From the NCBI GenBank assembly GCA_035540955.1, contig DATLFP010000058.1:4340-68339 (forward strand): 64,000 bases of DNA, in the 5' to 3' direction. The position numbers and the translations under genes are program-made. The notes under the pieces were generated by a model that made no database searches, was not told the DNA's origin, and saw nothing but the letters and a program-made list of their open reading frames with translations. Shown here piece by piece: positions 35,711-46,651 of this stretch. Origin of the DNA: Acidimicrobiales bacterium. Its GTDB lineage: Bacteria; Actinomycetota; Acidimicrobiia; Acidimicrobiales; CADCSY01. Every line of letters starts with the position of its first letter. Position 1 is the first letter of the stretch.

Positions 35711-36949
35711 ATGGAGCTGCTCCGCTTCGCGACCGCCGGGTCGGTCGACGACGGCAAGTCGACGCTCATCGGCCGGCTGCTCTACGACTCGAAGGCGATC
35801 TTCGAGGACCAGCTCGACGCCGTCGAGCGGGCCTCGGTCCAGCGCGGTGAGGAGACGAACCTCGCGCTGCTCACCGACGGCCTGCGGGCGGAGCGGGAGC
35901 AGGGCATCACCATCGACGTCGCCTACCGCTACTTCGCCACGCCGAAGCGGAAGTTCATCATCGCCGACACCCCCGGGCACATCCAGTACACGCGCAACAT
36001 GGTCACCGGCGCGTCGACCGCCGACCTCGCGCTCGTGCTGATCGACGCCCGGAACGGCATCGTCGAGCAGAGCCGGCGCCACGCCTTCCTCGCCTCGCTC
36101 CTGCGGGTGCCGCACATCGTCGTGTGCATCAACAAGATGGACCTGGTCGGCTACGACGAGGCCGTCTTCGAGGAGATCAAGCACGAGTTCCGGAGCTTTG
36201 CCACCAAGCTCGACATCGCCGACCTGGCGTTCATCCCCATCTCGGCGCTCAACGGCGACAACGTGGTGAACCGGTCGGCCAACATGCCGTGGTACGAGGG
36301 CGCCTCGCTCCTCCATCACCTCGAAGAGGTGCACATCGCGTCGGACCGCAACCTCATCGACGCCCGCTTCCCGGTGCAGTACGTGATCCGGCCCCGCAAC
36401 GACGAGTTCCACGACTACCGGGGCTATGCCGGCCAGATCGCGGGCGGGGTGATGAAGGCGGGCGACGAGGTGGTCGTCCTGCCGTCCGGCTTCACCAGCA
36501 GGATCGCGTCGATCGACACCGCCGACGGGCCCGTCGACGAGGCGTTCCCACCGATGTCGGTCACCGTCCGCCTCACGGACGACCTCGACGTGAGCCGGGG
36601 CGACATGATCTGCCGGCCCCACAACCAGCCGCGTGCGAGCCAGGACATCGACGCCATGCTGTGCTGGCTCTCCGAGCAGCCGATGCGGCCCCGGGGCAAG
36701 TACTTCATCAAGCACACGACGCGCGAGGCGCGAGCGATGCTCACCGACCTGCAGTACCGGCTCGACGTGAACACACTGCACCGGGACGAGTCAGCCGACG
36801 CGCTCACGCTGAACGAGATCGGCCGGGTGTCGCTGCGCACCACCGCGCCGCTGTTCGTCGACGAGTACCGCCGCAACCGCACGACCGGCTCGTTCATCCT
36901 CATCGACGAGGCGACCTACGCCACCGTCGCTGCGGGCATGATGCATTAG
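35711..36949 (+). CDS. cysN: sulfate adenylyltransferase subunit 1 (GTPase)
   Basis: G-domain motifs GSVDDGKST, DTPGH, NKMD. The ATG directly follows the cysD TAG. 412 aa, with no fused APS-kinase domain. Confidence 0.95.
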   Translation: MELLRFATAGSVDDGKSTLIGRLLYDSKAIFEDQLDAVERASVQRGEETNLALLTDGLRAEREQGITIDVAYRYFATPKRKFIIADTPGHIQYTRNMVTGASTADLALVLIDARNGIVEQSRRHAFLASLLRVPHIVVCINKMDLVGYDEAVFEEIKHEFRSFATKLDIADLAFIPISALNGDNVVNRSANMPWYEGASLLHHLEEVHIASDRNLIDARFPVQYVIRPRNDEFHDYRGYAGQIAGGVMKAGDEVVVLPSGFTSRIASIDTADGPVDEAFPPMSVTVRLTDDLDVSRGDMICRPHNQPRASQDIDAMLCWLSEQPMRPRGKYFIKHTTREARAMLTDLQYRLDVNTLHRDESADALTLNEIGRVSLRTTAPLFVDEYRRNRTTGSFILIDEATYATVAAGMMH

Positions 36950-37048
36950 ATGGTCTCGCTCTGCGCCGGGAGGCTCGCTGGCGCTCGCGGACGGCTTGCC
37001 GCTCGACATGCCGGACTGCCGTCCGGCCCTGCGGGATGCGCGCCGTGA
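36950..37048 (+). repeat. intergenic repeat IGR-B copy 2 (inverted) with bridging mini-ORF between cysN and cysC
   Basis: Its reverse complement aligns with 27398-27506 (CGCAGGGCCGGACGGCAGTCCGGCA..GAGCGGCAAGCCG..CGCAGAGCGAGACCAT). A 32-codon mini-ORF starts at ATG 36950 directly after the cysN TAG and ends at TGA 37046-37048, overlapping GTG 37045 in the cysC frame. Confidence 0.7.
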
Positions 37049-37635
37049 GCGGTCCCGACGTCTCCTGGCACCACGGTGAGGTGGGTCGCGACGAGCGACC
37101 GTCGCGTGGCGCCACGGTCTGGCTCACGGGCCTCAGCGGCTCCGGCAAGTCAACCGTCGCGGCCCGCGCCGAACGGCTGCTCGTCGATGCCGGCCGGCCC
37201 GCCTACGTGCTCGACGGGGACAACCTGCGGCACGGGCTGAACGCCGACCTCGGCTTCAGCGACGATGACCGCCGGGAGAACGTGCGCCGGGTGGGTGAGG
37301 TGGCCCGGCTGATGGCCGACGCCGGGGTGGTCGTCCTCGTACCGGTGATCTCGCCGTTCCGAGGCGCCCGGGAAGCGGTGCGGTCGGCCCACGAGGTCGC
37401 CGGGATCCCGTTCGTCGAGGTGTTCGTCGACACCCCGATCGAGGAGTGCGAGCGGCGCGATCCCAAGGGCCTCTACGCCAAGGCCCGCCGGGGCGAGCTC
37501 GCCGGCTTCACCGGGATCGACTCGCCCTACGAGCCGCCGGTCGCCGCCGATCTGGTCCTCACGCCGGCCGACGGCGACCCGGACGCTCAGGCGCGGCGGC
37601 TGCTCGTGGTGTTGGAGGAGTCCGCCGGCCCGTAG
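37036..37635 (+). CDS. cysC: adenylylsulfate (APS) kinase
   Basis: TVWLTGLSGSGKST (P-loop), LDGDNLRHGLN, PFVEVFVDTP. The start is either ATG 37036 or GTG 37045 (GTGA-coupled to the mini-ORF). Confidence 0.9.
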   Translation: MRAVSGPDVSWHHGEVGRDERPSRGATVWLTGLSGSGKSTVAARAERLLVDAGRPAYVLDGDNLRHGLNADLGFSDDDRRENVRRVGEVARLMADAGVVVLVPVISPFRGAREAVRSAHEVAGIPFVEVFVDTPIEECERRDPKGLYAKARRGELAGFTGIDSPYEPPVAADLVLTPADGDPDAQARRLLVVLEESAGP

Positions 37636-37859
37636 GGCGTGTCCGCCTGCTCGTAGCACTCGTCGTGGAAGTGCTCGACGCGGTTCCAGCGGCCGTCGAC
37701 GTAGACGTTGGCGATCACCTGCAGCTTGTGGAGGCGGGCGGCGAACTTCACCTGCTGCTCGCAGTGGACGCACACGGCCATGTTCCCGGGCTCGATGCGG
37801 CGCAGGACGGCACGGCTGACCGGGGCCACCCGAGTGACGGTGGCGGTGTTCTCAGACAT
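37587..37859 (-). CDS. hypothetical small Cys/His-containing protein (possible zinc ribbon)
   Basis: 90 aa from ATG 37859 with strong GC3 bias. It has CVHC ... HFHDEC. Its 3' end overlaps the convergent cysC 3' end by 49 nt. Confidence 0.55.
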   Translation of the reverse strand: MSENTATVTRVAPVSRAVLRRIEPGNMAVCVHCEQQVKFAARLHKLQVIANVYVDGRWNRVEHFHDECYEQADTPYGPADSSNTTSSRRA

Positions 37860-38046
37860 GCCCGAGTGATCGGCACCACCTTCCGGCGACCTGAGCAGAA
37901 TGTCCGATTCGACGTGTGACCATCGACCGCGCTCGGGGTGGCAACCCCGCTTGACTCGGACTTCCGCGTCGTCAAGCCTTGCGCCGCCGGGCCGGGGTGC
38001 TTCCGCCGTGCACCCCTGCCCGGCACTCACGCGGCTGCGCGGCGGG

Positions 38047-39726
<1,680 letters not shown>

Positions 39727-39747
39727 GGATCGACCAGGCTACGGGCC

Positions 39748-40371
39748 GTGAACGCGTTGTCGTGGGGGCTGCTGGGCGCGGCTGCAGTGGCGGCCGTCGC
39801 CGACTGGATCGCGGTGTGGCGGCGACCGACGGCGACGGAGCGCGTCCTCAAGCCGCTTGTCGTCGTGCTGCTCGTGGTCGCGGCGCTGGCCCTCGACCCC
39901 GCCGACGGCGCCCAGCGGGCGTGGTTCGTCACCGCCCTCGTGCTGTCACTGGCCGGCGACGTGCTCCTGCTTCCCACCGTCGATCGCTTCGTGCCCGGGC
40001 TCGCGTCGTTCCTCCTGGCCCACGTGGCCTACGTGGCGGGCTTCGCGGTGGCGGGCGCCGAGGTCCGCCCGGGTCTCGCGGTGCTCGTGCTCCTGGTGCC
40101 GGTGGCGGTGCGGGTCGTCACCGCGGTCGCCCGCTCCGATCGAGCGCTGGTGGTGCCCGTGGGCGTGTACATCGCCGTGATCGCCACGATGGTCGGCTTC
40201 GCCATCGGCCACGGCGACGCCCTGGGCATCGCCGGCGCGCTCACCTTCGCCGCCTCCGACTCGATCCTCGCCCTCGACCGCTTCGACCGCCACCGGCGGT
40301 GGATGCCCACCGCGGTGATGGTGACCTACCACGTCGCCCAGGCCCTGCTCGTCGCGTCGCTGGTGCCGTGA
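39748..40371 (+). CDS. YhhN-family (lysoplasmalogenase-like) membrane protein
   Basis: GTG 39748, 207 aa, multi-TM, with LSLAGDVLLL and FLLAHVAYV motifs typical of YhhN. Confidence 0.8.
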   Translation: MNALSWGLLGAAAVAAVADWIAVWRRPTATERVLKPLVVVLLVVAALALDPADGAQRAWFVTALVLSLAGDVLLLPTVDRFVPGLASFLLAHVAYVAGFAVAGAEVRPGLAVLVLLVPVAVRVVTAVARSDRALVVPVGVYIAVIATMVGFAIGHGDALGIAGALTFAASDSILALDRFDRHRRWMPTAVMVTYHVAQALLVASLVP

Positions 40372-40419
40372 GCGGCCGGCAGCAGGCCGATTTGGACCGC
40401 TGGGTAGCATCAGGTCCGC

Positions 40420-43400
40420 ATGAGCAGTGACGCGCCGGCCCCGTCCTCCTTCGGCCCGAACGCGTGGCTCGTCGACGAGATGTACGAGCAGTTCCTCGAC
40501 GATCCCCAGTCGGTCGGGGAGAGCTGGCGGGAGTTCTTCGCCGACTACAAGCGCGACCGCCCGACCGGACCGGTGCCGGCCGTCGGCACCCCGACGCCCA
40601 CGCCGCCGCCGGCGCCCGCCGCGCCGTCCCGCCCTGCCCCGCAGCCGTCGGCCAGCCCCACGGCGGCGGCGGCCACGCCGGCCGCCGACGCGGCCGGCGC
40701 CGAGCCGCTCCGGGGGGCGGCGGCACGCATCGTGCTCAACATGGAGGCCAGCCTCGGCGTCCCCACGGCCACCAGCTTCCGCGACGTGCCGGCCAAGCTC
40801 CTCGAGGTCAACCGGCGGATCATCAACGGGTACCTGGCGCGCACGCGGGGCGGCAAGGTCTCCTTCACCCATCTCATCGGCTTCGCCGTGGTGAAGGCCT
40901 TCGAGACCGTGCCGGCGATGAAGTCGTCCTATGCCCTCGTCGACGGCAAGCCCGGCGCCGTCCGCCACGAGCACGTCGGTCTCGGCATCGCCGTCGACGT
41001 GGAGAAGTCCGACGGCAGCCGGACCCTCCTCGTGCCGGCGATCAAGCAGGCCGACACGATGTCCTTCGCCGAGTTCCACGCCGCCTACGAGGAGCTGATC
41101 CGCAAGGTCCGCACGAACAAGATCGGCGCCGACGACCTCGCCGGCGTCACTGCCAGCCTGACCAACCCCGGCACCGTCGGCACGCTGCAGTCGGTGCCCC
41201 GCCTCATGCCGGGCCAGGGCGTGATCGTGGGCGTCGGCGCCCTCGACTTCCCCGCCGAGTACCAGGCCGCCGACCCGCGGGCGCTCGCCGAGCTCGGCGT
41301 GTCGAAGGTGATGACGATCACCTCGACCTACGACCACCGGATCATCCAGGGCGCCGAGTCCGGGCTGTTCCTCAAGCGGATCCACGAGCTGCTGCTCGGG
41401 GCGGACGAGTTCTACGTGGAGGTCTTCCGCTCCCTGGGCGTGCCCTACGAGCCGGCCATCTGGAAGCGGGACGAGAACCCGAACGACTCGCTCGAGGAGA
41501 GCCTCCGCAAGCACCTGGCGGTGAACACGCTCATCAACATGCACCGCGTGCGCGGGCACCTGATCGCCGACCTCGACCCGCTGAAGATCAAGGAGCCCGA
41601 CACCCACTCCGAGCTCGATCCGCTGACCTATGGCCTCACGATCTGGGACCTCGATCGCGAGTTCGTCGTCAACGGCCTCGCCGGCCACGAGCGACTGGCG
41701 CTCGTCGACATCCTCGGGATCCTGCGCGACGCCTACTGCCGCACGATCGGCGTCGAGTACATGCACATCCAGGATCCCGAGCAGAAGCGGTGGATCCAGG
41801 AGCGGGTCGAGGGCGTGAAGGTCGCCGTCGAGGCGCTCGAGCAGCGTCACGTGCTCGAGAAGCTCAACGCCGCCGAGGCGTTCGAGAAGTTCTTGGCGAC
41901 GAAGTACGTGGGCGCCAAGCGGTTCGGCCTCGAGGGCGCGGAGTCGACCATCCCGCTGCTCGACGCCGTGCTCGAGGCGGCGGCGGACGCCGAGCTCGAC
42001 GGTGCCGTGCTGGGCATGGCCCACCGCGGCCGGCTGAACGTGCTCGCCAACATCATCGGCAAGTCGCTCACCCAGGTCTTCGGCGAGTTCGAGGGTCACG
42101 TCGACCCCGACATGGTCCAGGGCTCCGGCGACGTGAAGTACCACCTCGGTGCCCGGGGAACCTTCCGCAGCCGGACCGGCAACCTCCTCGAGGTCCAGCT
42201 GGCGGCCAACCCCTCACACCTCGAAGCCGTCGATCCGGTGGTCGAGGGCATGGTCCGGGCCATGCAGGACCGGATCAACCGGCCCGGCTCCTACACCGTG
42301 CTGCCCCTCCTCATCCACGGCGACGCCGCGTTCGCCGGCCAGGGCGTGGTGTCCGAGACGCTCAACCTGTCCGACCTGAAGGGCTACCGCACGGGCGGGA
42401 CCATCCACCTCGTCATCAACAACCAGCTCGGCTTCACCACCGCCCCCGAGTTCGGGCGCTCGTCGGTGTACGCCACCGATGTCGCCAAGATGGTCCAGGC
42501 ACCGATCCTGCACGTCAACGGCGACGATCCCGAGGCCTGCGTCCGGGTGGCGAAGCTGGCCTTCGCCTTCCGTCAGCGCTTCAACATCGACGTCGTCATC
42601 GACATGTGGTGCTACCGCCGCCATGGCCACAACGAGGGCGACGACCCGAGCTACACGCAGCCGCTGATGTACCGGCGCATCGACGAGGCCCGCTCGGTGC
42701 GCAAGCTCTACGTCGAGGCGCTCGTCCGTCGCGGCGACATCACCATCGACGAGGCCGAGCAGGCGCTGACCGACTTCTCGGCGAAGCTGCAGGCTGCGCT
42801 CGACGAGACGCGCGCTCTCGCCACCGACACCACGCCGCGGGCGCCGCGCCCGGGGCGACCGGTCGGGGTCCTGCCGCCCGTGGAGACCGGCGTCGAGCGC
42901 ACCGTGCTCGACCACCTCTTCGGTGTCCTCGACACCACGCCCGAGGGGTTCACCGTCCACCCCAAGCTCGCCCGCCAGTTCGACCAGCGGCGGAAGCTCT
43001 GGCAAGGCGGTGAGGTCGACTGGGCGTTGGGTGAGGCCCTCGCGTTCGGCTCGCTCGTGGCCGAGCAGACCGACATCCGGTTCGCCGGGCAGGACTCGCG
43101 GCGGGGCACGTTCTCGCACCGTCACGCCGTGCTCGTCGACTACGAGACCGGCGACGAGCACGCCCCCCTCGCCCACGTGTCGCCCGATCAGGGCAAGTTC
43201 TGGATCTACGACTCGTCGCTCTCGGAGTACGCCGCCATGGGCTTCGAGTACGGCTACTCGCTGGTGCACCGCGACGCGCTCGTCTGCTGGGAGGCGCAGT
43301 TCGGCGACTTCATGAACGGCGCCCAGATCATCATCGACCAGTTCCTTGCCGCCGCCGAGGACAAGTGGGGCCAGACCAGCGGGCTGGTGCTGCTCCTGCC

Positions 43401-44043
43401 GCACGGGTACGACGGGCAGGGCCCCGAGCACTCATCGGGTCGCATCGAGCGGTTCCTCACCCTGTGCGCCGAGGACAACATGCAGGTCGCGAACGCCACC
43501 ACCGCGGCGCAGTACTTCCACCTCCTGCGCCGCCAGGTCCGGCGCAGCATTCGCAAGCCGCTCGTCGTGTTCACGCCGAAGTACCTGCTGCGGGCCAAGG
43601 AGTCGCGCTCGCCGATCACCGACCTCGAGCAGGGAGCGTTCCGGGAGGTGCTCGACGATCCCGGCGTGAGCGATCCGTCCTCGGTGCGGCGCGTGGTGCT
43701 CTGCTCCGGGAAGGTCGCCTTCGACCTGATGAAGCGGCGCGACGAGCGGGGGGTGCCGGCGGCCGTCGTGCGGGTCGAGCAGCTGTACCCGTGGCCCGAG
43801 CAGCAGATCCGGGCCCTGGTCGACCGGTACGAGCACGCCGACTCGGTGTTCTGGGTGCAGGAGGAGCCGGACAACATGGGGGCCTGGCCGTTCGCCGGCG
43901 CGCGGTTGCTGATGCTGCTGCCCGACCGGGTCAAGCTCGGTCACGCCAGCCGCGTCGAGTCCGGCAGCCCGGCGACGGGCTCGGCCAACGTGCACGCCCA
44001 GGAGCTCGAGGATCTCCTCGAGGAGGCCTACGCCGGGGTCTGA
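40420..44043 (+). CDS. kgd: multifunctional 2-oxoglutarate decarboxylase/dehydrogenase E1 with N-terminal succinyltransferase-like domain (Kgd/OdhA type)
   Basis: 1207 aa. It has an acyltransferase catalytic motif (STYDHRIIQGAESG) after a Pro/Ala linker, then the E1o ThDP domain (RFGLEGAES, GMAHRGRLNVL, HGDAAFAGQGVV). Confidence 0.95.
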   Translation: MSSDAPAPSSFGPNAWLVDEMYEQFLDDPQSVGESWREFFADYKRDRPTGPVPAVGTPTPTPPPAPAAPSRPAPQPSASPTAAAATPAADAAGAEPLRGAAARIVLNMEASLGVPTATSFRDVPAKLLEVNRRIINGYLARTRGGKVSFTHLIGFAVVKAFETVPAMKSSYALVDGKPGAVRHEHVGLGIAVDVEKSDGSRTLLVPAIKQADTMSFAEFHAAYEELIRKVRTNKIGADDLAGVTASLTNPGTVGTLQSVPRLMPGQGVIVGVGALDFPAEYQAADPRALAELGVSKVMTITSTYDHRIIQGAESGLFLKRIHELLLGADEFYVEVFRSLGVPYEPAIWKRDENPNDSLEESLRKHLAVNTLINMHRVRGHLIADLDPLKIKEPDTHSELDPLTYGLTIWDLDREFVVNGLAGHERLALVDILGILRDAYCRTIGVEYMHIQDPEQKRWIQERVEGVKVAVEALEQRHVLEKLNAAEAFEKFLATKYVGAKRFGLEGAESTIPLLDAVLEAAADAELDGAVLGMAHRGRLNVLANIIGKSLTQVFGEFEGHVDPDMVQGSGDVKYHLGARGTFRSRTGNLLEVQLAANPSHLEAVDPVVEGMVRAMQDRINRPGSYTVLPLLIHGDAAFAGQGVVSETLNLSDLKGYRTGGTIHLVINNQLGFTTAPEFGRSSVYATDVAKMVQAPILHVNGDDPEACVRVAKLAFAFRQRFNIDVVIDMWCYRRHGHNEGDDPSYTQPLMYRRIDEARSVRKLYVEALVRRGDITIDEAEQALTDFSAKLQAALDETRALATDTTPRAPRPGRPVGVLPPVETGVERTVLDHLFGVLDTTPEGFTVHPKLARQFDQRRKLWQGGEVDWALGEALAFGSLVAEQTDIRFAGQDSRRGTFSHRHAVLVDYETGDEHAPLAHVSPDQGKFWIYDSSLSEYAAMGFEYGYSLVHRDALVCWEAQFGDFMNGAQIIIDQFLAAAEDKWGQTSGLVLLLPHGYDGQGPEHSSGRIERFLTLCAEDNMQVANATTAAQYFHLLRRQVRRSIRKPLVVFTPKYLLRAKESRSPITDLEQGAFREVLDDPGVSDPSSVRRVVLCSGKVAFDLMKRRDERGVPAAVVRVEQLYPWPEQQIRALVDRYEHADSVFWVQEEPDNMGAWPFAGARLLMLLPDRVKLGHASRVESGSPATGSANVHAQELEDLLEEAYAGV

Positions 44044-44049
44044 CCAGGA

Positions 44050-44694
44050 TCAGGCGAGGTCGAGGCCGAGCACCTTCGAGAGCTCGGTCAGAGCGTCGTC
44101 GGGATCGACGACCTTGATCGTCGTCATGCCCATGGCCCGGGCCGGCTTGAGGTTGATGCCGAGGTCGTCGAGGAACACGATGCGATCGGCGGGCAGAAAC
44201 AGCGCGTCGAGCACGAGCTCGTAGGCGGCAGGGTCGGGCTTGCGGACGCCGGCCTTCGACGACTCGATCACGCAGTCGTAGACGTCCATGGCGTGGGCCA
44301 GGTCGGGGCGCGAGAACCCGTGGCCGTCCTCGTCCTCGGAGGCGAAGTTGTTGGTCAGGAGCGCCTGGCGCAGGCCGGCCTGCTTGATCCGCTGCTGGGC
44401 CCGGACCATCTGGGGACGCAGATCGCCCCGGAGCATGGCCAGCACGTCGGCCCCGACGAGCCGGTGGCCGGCGGCCTCGGCCTCGGCTTCGAACAGGCGG
44501 CAGAACGTCGGCAGGTCGACCTCGCTGCGCTCCATCTGCGCCCAGGCGTTGGTGTCGGGGTTCGTGGCGTTCAGGGTCCTGATGAAGTCCGCCGGGAGCC
44601 CGTGCTCGCGCTCGTAGCGGTTGAACGCTTCGAACGGGCTCGAGAGGATCACGCCCCCGAAGTCCCACAGCACCGCCTCGATCACGGCGGGCAC
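44050..44694 (-). CDS. HAD-superfamily hydrolase (subfamily IA)
   Basis: GTG 44694. Motif I VLWDFGGVI, then LLTNN, SSKAGVRKPDP, FLDDLGINL. Its stop lies only 6 nt from the convergent kgd stop. Confidence 0.85.
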   Translation of the reverse strand: MPAVIEAVLWDFGGVILSSPFEAFNRYEREHGLPADFIRTLNATNPDTNAWAQMERSEVDLPTFCRLFEAEAEAAGHRLVGADVLAMLRGDLRPQMVRAQQRIKQAGLRQALLTNNFASEDEDGHGFSRPDLAHAMDVYDCVIESSKAGVRKPDPAAYELVLDALFLPADRIVFLDDLGINLKPARAMGMTTIKVVDPDDALTELSKVLGLDLA

Positions 44695-44702
44695 GGTAAC
44701 GG

Positions 44703-46625
44703 CTATGGCGTGATCTTGATGGCTCCGCTCACCCCGGCGCTGACGCCGGCGTCGTCGGTGACGACGACGTACCAACCGAAGGTCGTCGGTCGCGCGACGA
44801 CGTACACGTGGCTGGCGACCGGGCCGGATGACACCACCTCGGACCCGTCGCCGAAGACGAACCGGTAGGAGGTGATCGCGCCGTCGGGATCGGAGGAGCC
44901 AGACGCGTCGAAGGTCACGACGACGCCCGATCGCGCCCTGCGAGGCGCCTGCACGATGGCCGACGGAGCATCCGAGGACCGGACCTCGACCGACACCGGG
45001 GCGCTGGAGACGCCGCGATCGTCGACGACGGTGAGGGTGGGCCGCCACGAGCCGGCGCCGTACGTTCGGACCACGGTGTCGGTGCCGGTGACCGCGTCGG
45101 CGACACCGTCGCCCTCCCAATCCCAGTGGTAGGCGGCGACGGCGCCATCGTCGGTGGAACCCGAACCGTCGAGCGTGACCGTCAGCGGGGCCGGGCCCGA
45201 GGATGCGGACACCGTGAGGGCGGCGACCGGCGCCTCGTTGGCTGCTCGCTGCACGGCGGCCAGCGCGTTCACCAGGCCGGCCCCGCAGTCGGCGGGACCG
45301 CACCCGGGGATCGGCGTCGCCGAACCGACGAGGATGGCCTTGATCTCGTCGGGGGTGAGCGTCGGGTCGGCCTCCAGGAGCAGCGCCACGACGCCGGTGA
45401 CGTGCGGTGCCGCCATGGACGTGCCGACCATCGCGGTGTAGTACGGCCACAGGGTGGGGGGGACGATCCGGGGGTTCACCGGATCGGTCGGATCGATCGG
45501 CAGCTGGTTGGGGAAGCTCACCACGCCGGTCTGGGCCCGGGTCGAGACGATCCAGGAGCCGGGCGCGCTCACGGTCGGATGGTGGAGCGCGTCGCCGCGA
45601 CTCGAGTAGTCGCCGGGCTGGCCGAGCTTGTCGACGCCGGCGACCCCGATGACCCAGTCGGGCCACGCATAGCGGTTGTACACGTTGCCCGACGCCTTCC
45701 CGTCGTTGCCCGCCGCGAACACCACGGTCATCCCTGCCTCGTAGGCCATCCGGCTCGCGACGTTGAGCGGGTCGTCCGGGTCGTAGTCGATCGTGCCGTC
45801 GGCCCACGAGTTGTTGATGACCCGGATGTCGAGGGCCTCGTGGTTGGCGAGGATCCAGTCGTAGCCCCCGAGGGCCGTGAGCATCTCGAGACCGTCGGCG
45901 GATCCCACGCCGACGAGGTCGGCGCCGGGCGCCACGCCCGCGTACGCACCGCCAGAGAGACCGCCGGTTCCGGCGGCGACGCCGGCGACGTGGGTCCCGT
46001 GGCCGGTGGTCGTGTCGGTGTTCGGCAGATCCTCGAGCACGACGACGGCGTCCCGAAACAGCTTCGTGTAGCCGAGGATCTTCACGTTCTGCACCGTCTT
46101 GCTGCCGAAGGCCAGGTCGGGGTGGGTCGCGTCGATTCCCGAGTCGAGGATCGCGATCCGCACCCCGGCGCCGGTGATCGACAGCGGTGGGTCGGCCACG
46201 TCGTCGGCCTGGATCATCGCGGTGCTCTGCTCGAGCGCCGAGTCCAGCTGGTGGTTGCCCCAGAGGGAGCGGACGAACGGCAGCGTGGCGGCAGCGTTGA
46301 TGGCGGCCGCCGGACCCTGCAGGGCGACCATCGGCAGGACCTGGTACGGGGTGGCGTCGAGCCCGACGCCGCGCAGGAGCGCGAGCTGGGTGGCGGTGGC
46401 CGGCGAGGACAGGACGGCTGCGGCACGGATGGTCCCGCCGCCGGCGAGGAGCTCGGTGAGCACACGGTCCATCGGCGCGGTGGCGGTGACCGGCGGCGGG
46501 GGCAGCAGTGCCGAGGCGGGCGCCGTCGCGGACACGAGCGCGAGGACGAGGCCCGCCGCAGCAACCACCGACCCGAACCCGCGCCGCACAGACCGATCAT
46601 CGAGGATCGAACGGTTGACCACCAT
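44703..46625 (-). CDS. secreted S8 (subtilisin-family) serine peptidase with two C-terminal PKD-like domains
   Basis: Signal/TM segment, catalytic triad contexts AILDSGID, HGTHVAG, GTSMAAPHVTG, and C-terminal repeats (VTLDGSGSTDDGAVAAYHWDW, VTFDASGSSDPDGAITSYRFVF). Confidence 0.9.
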   Translation of the reverse strand: MVVNRSILDDRSVRRGFGSVVAAAGLVLALVSATAPASALLPPPPVTATAPMDRVLTELLAGGGTIRAAAVLSSPATATQLALLRGVGLDATPYQVLPMVALQGPAAAINAAATLPFVRSLWGNHQLDSALEQSTAMIQADDVADPPLSITGAGVRIAILDSGIDATHPDLAFGSKTVQNVKILGYTKLFRDAVVVLEDLPNTDTTTGHGTHVAGVAAGTGGLSGGAYAGVAPGADLVGVGSADGLEMLTALGGYDWILANHEALDIRVINNSWADGTIDYDPDDPLNVASRMAYEAGMTVVFAAGNDGKASGNVYNRYAWPDWVIGVAGVDKLGQPGDYSSRGDALHHPTVSAPGSWIVSTRAQTGVVSFPNQLPIDPTDPVNPRIVPPTLWPYYTAMVGTSMAAPHVTGVVALLLEADPTLTPDEIKAILVGSATPIPGCGPADCGAGLVNALAAVQRAANEAPVAALTVSASSGPAPLTVTLDGSGSTDDGAVAAYHWDWEGDGVADAVTGTDTVVRTYGAGSWRPTLTVVDDRGVSSAPVSVEVRSSDAPSAIVQAPRRARSGVVVTFDASGSSDPDGAITSYRFVFGDGSEVVSSGPVASHVYVVARPTTFGWYVVVTDDAGVSAGVSGAIKITP

Positions 46626-46651
46626 GGTCCGGTCAGGTCATTCGTCGATGG

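Noticed and set aside
40372-40419. Candidate kgd promoter (TTGGAC ... TAGCAT) and the possibility of a leaderless kgd mRNA.
   Set aside because: The two hexamers are only 7 nt apart, which is incompatible with a -35/-10 pair. TAGCAT alone, 9 nt from the ATG, is not enough evidence.
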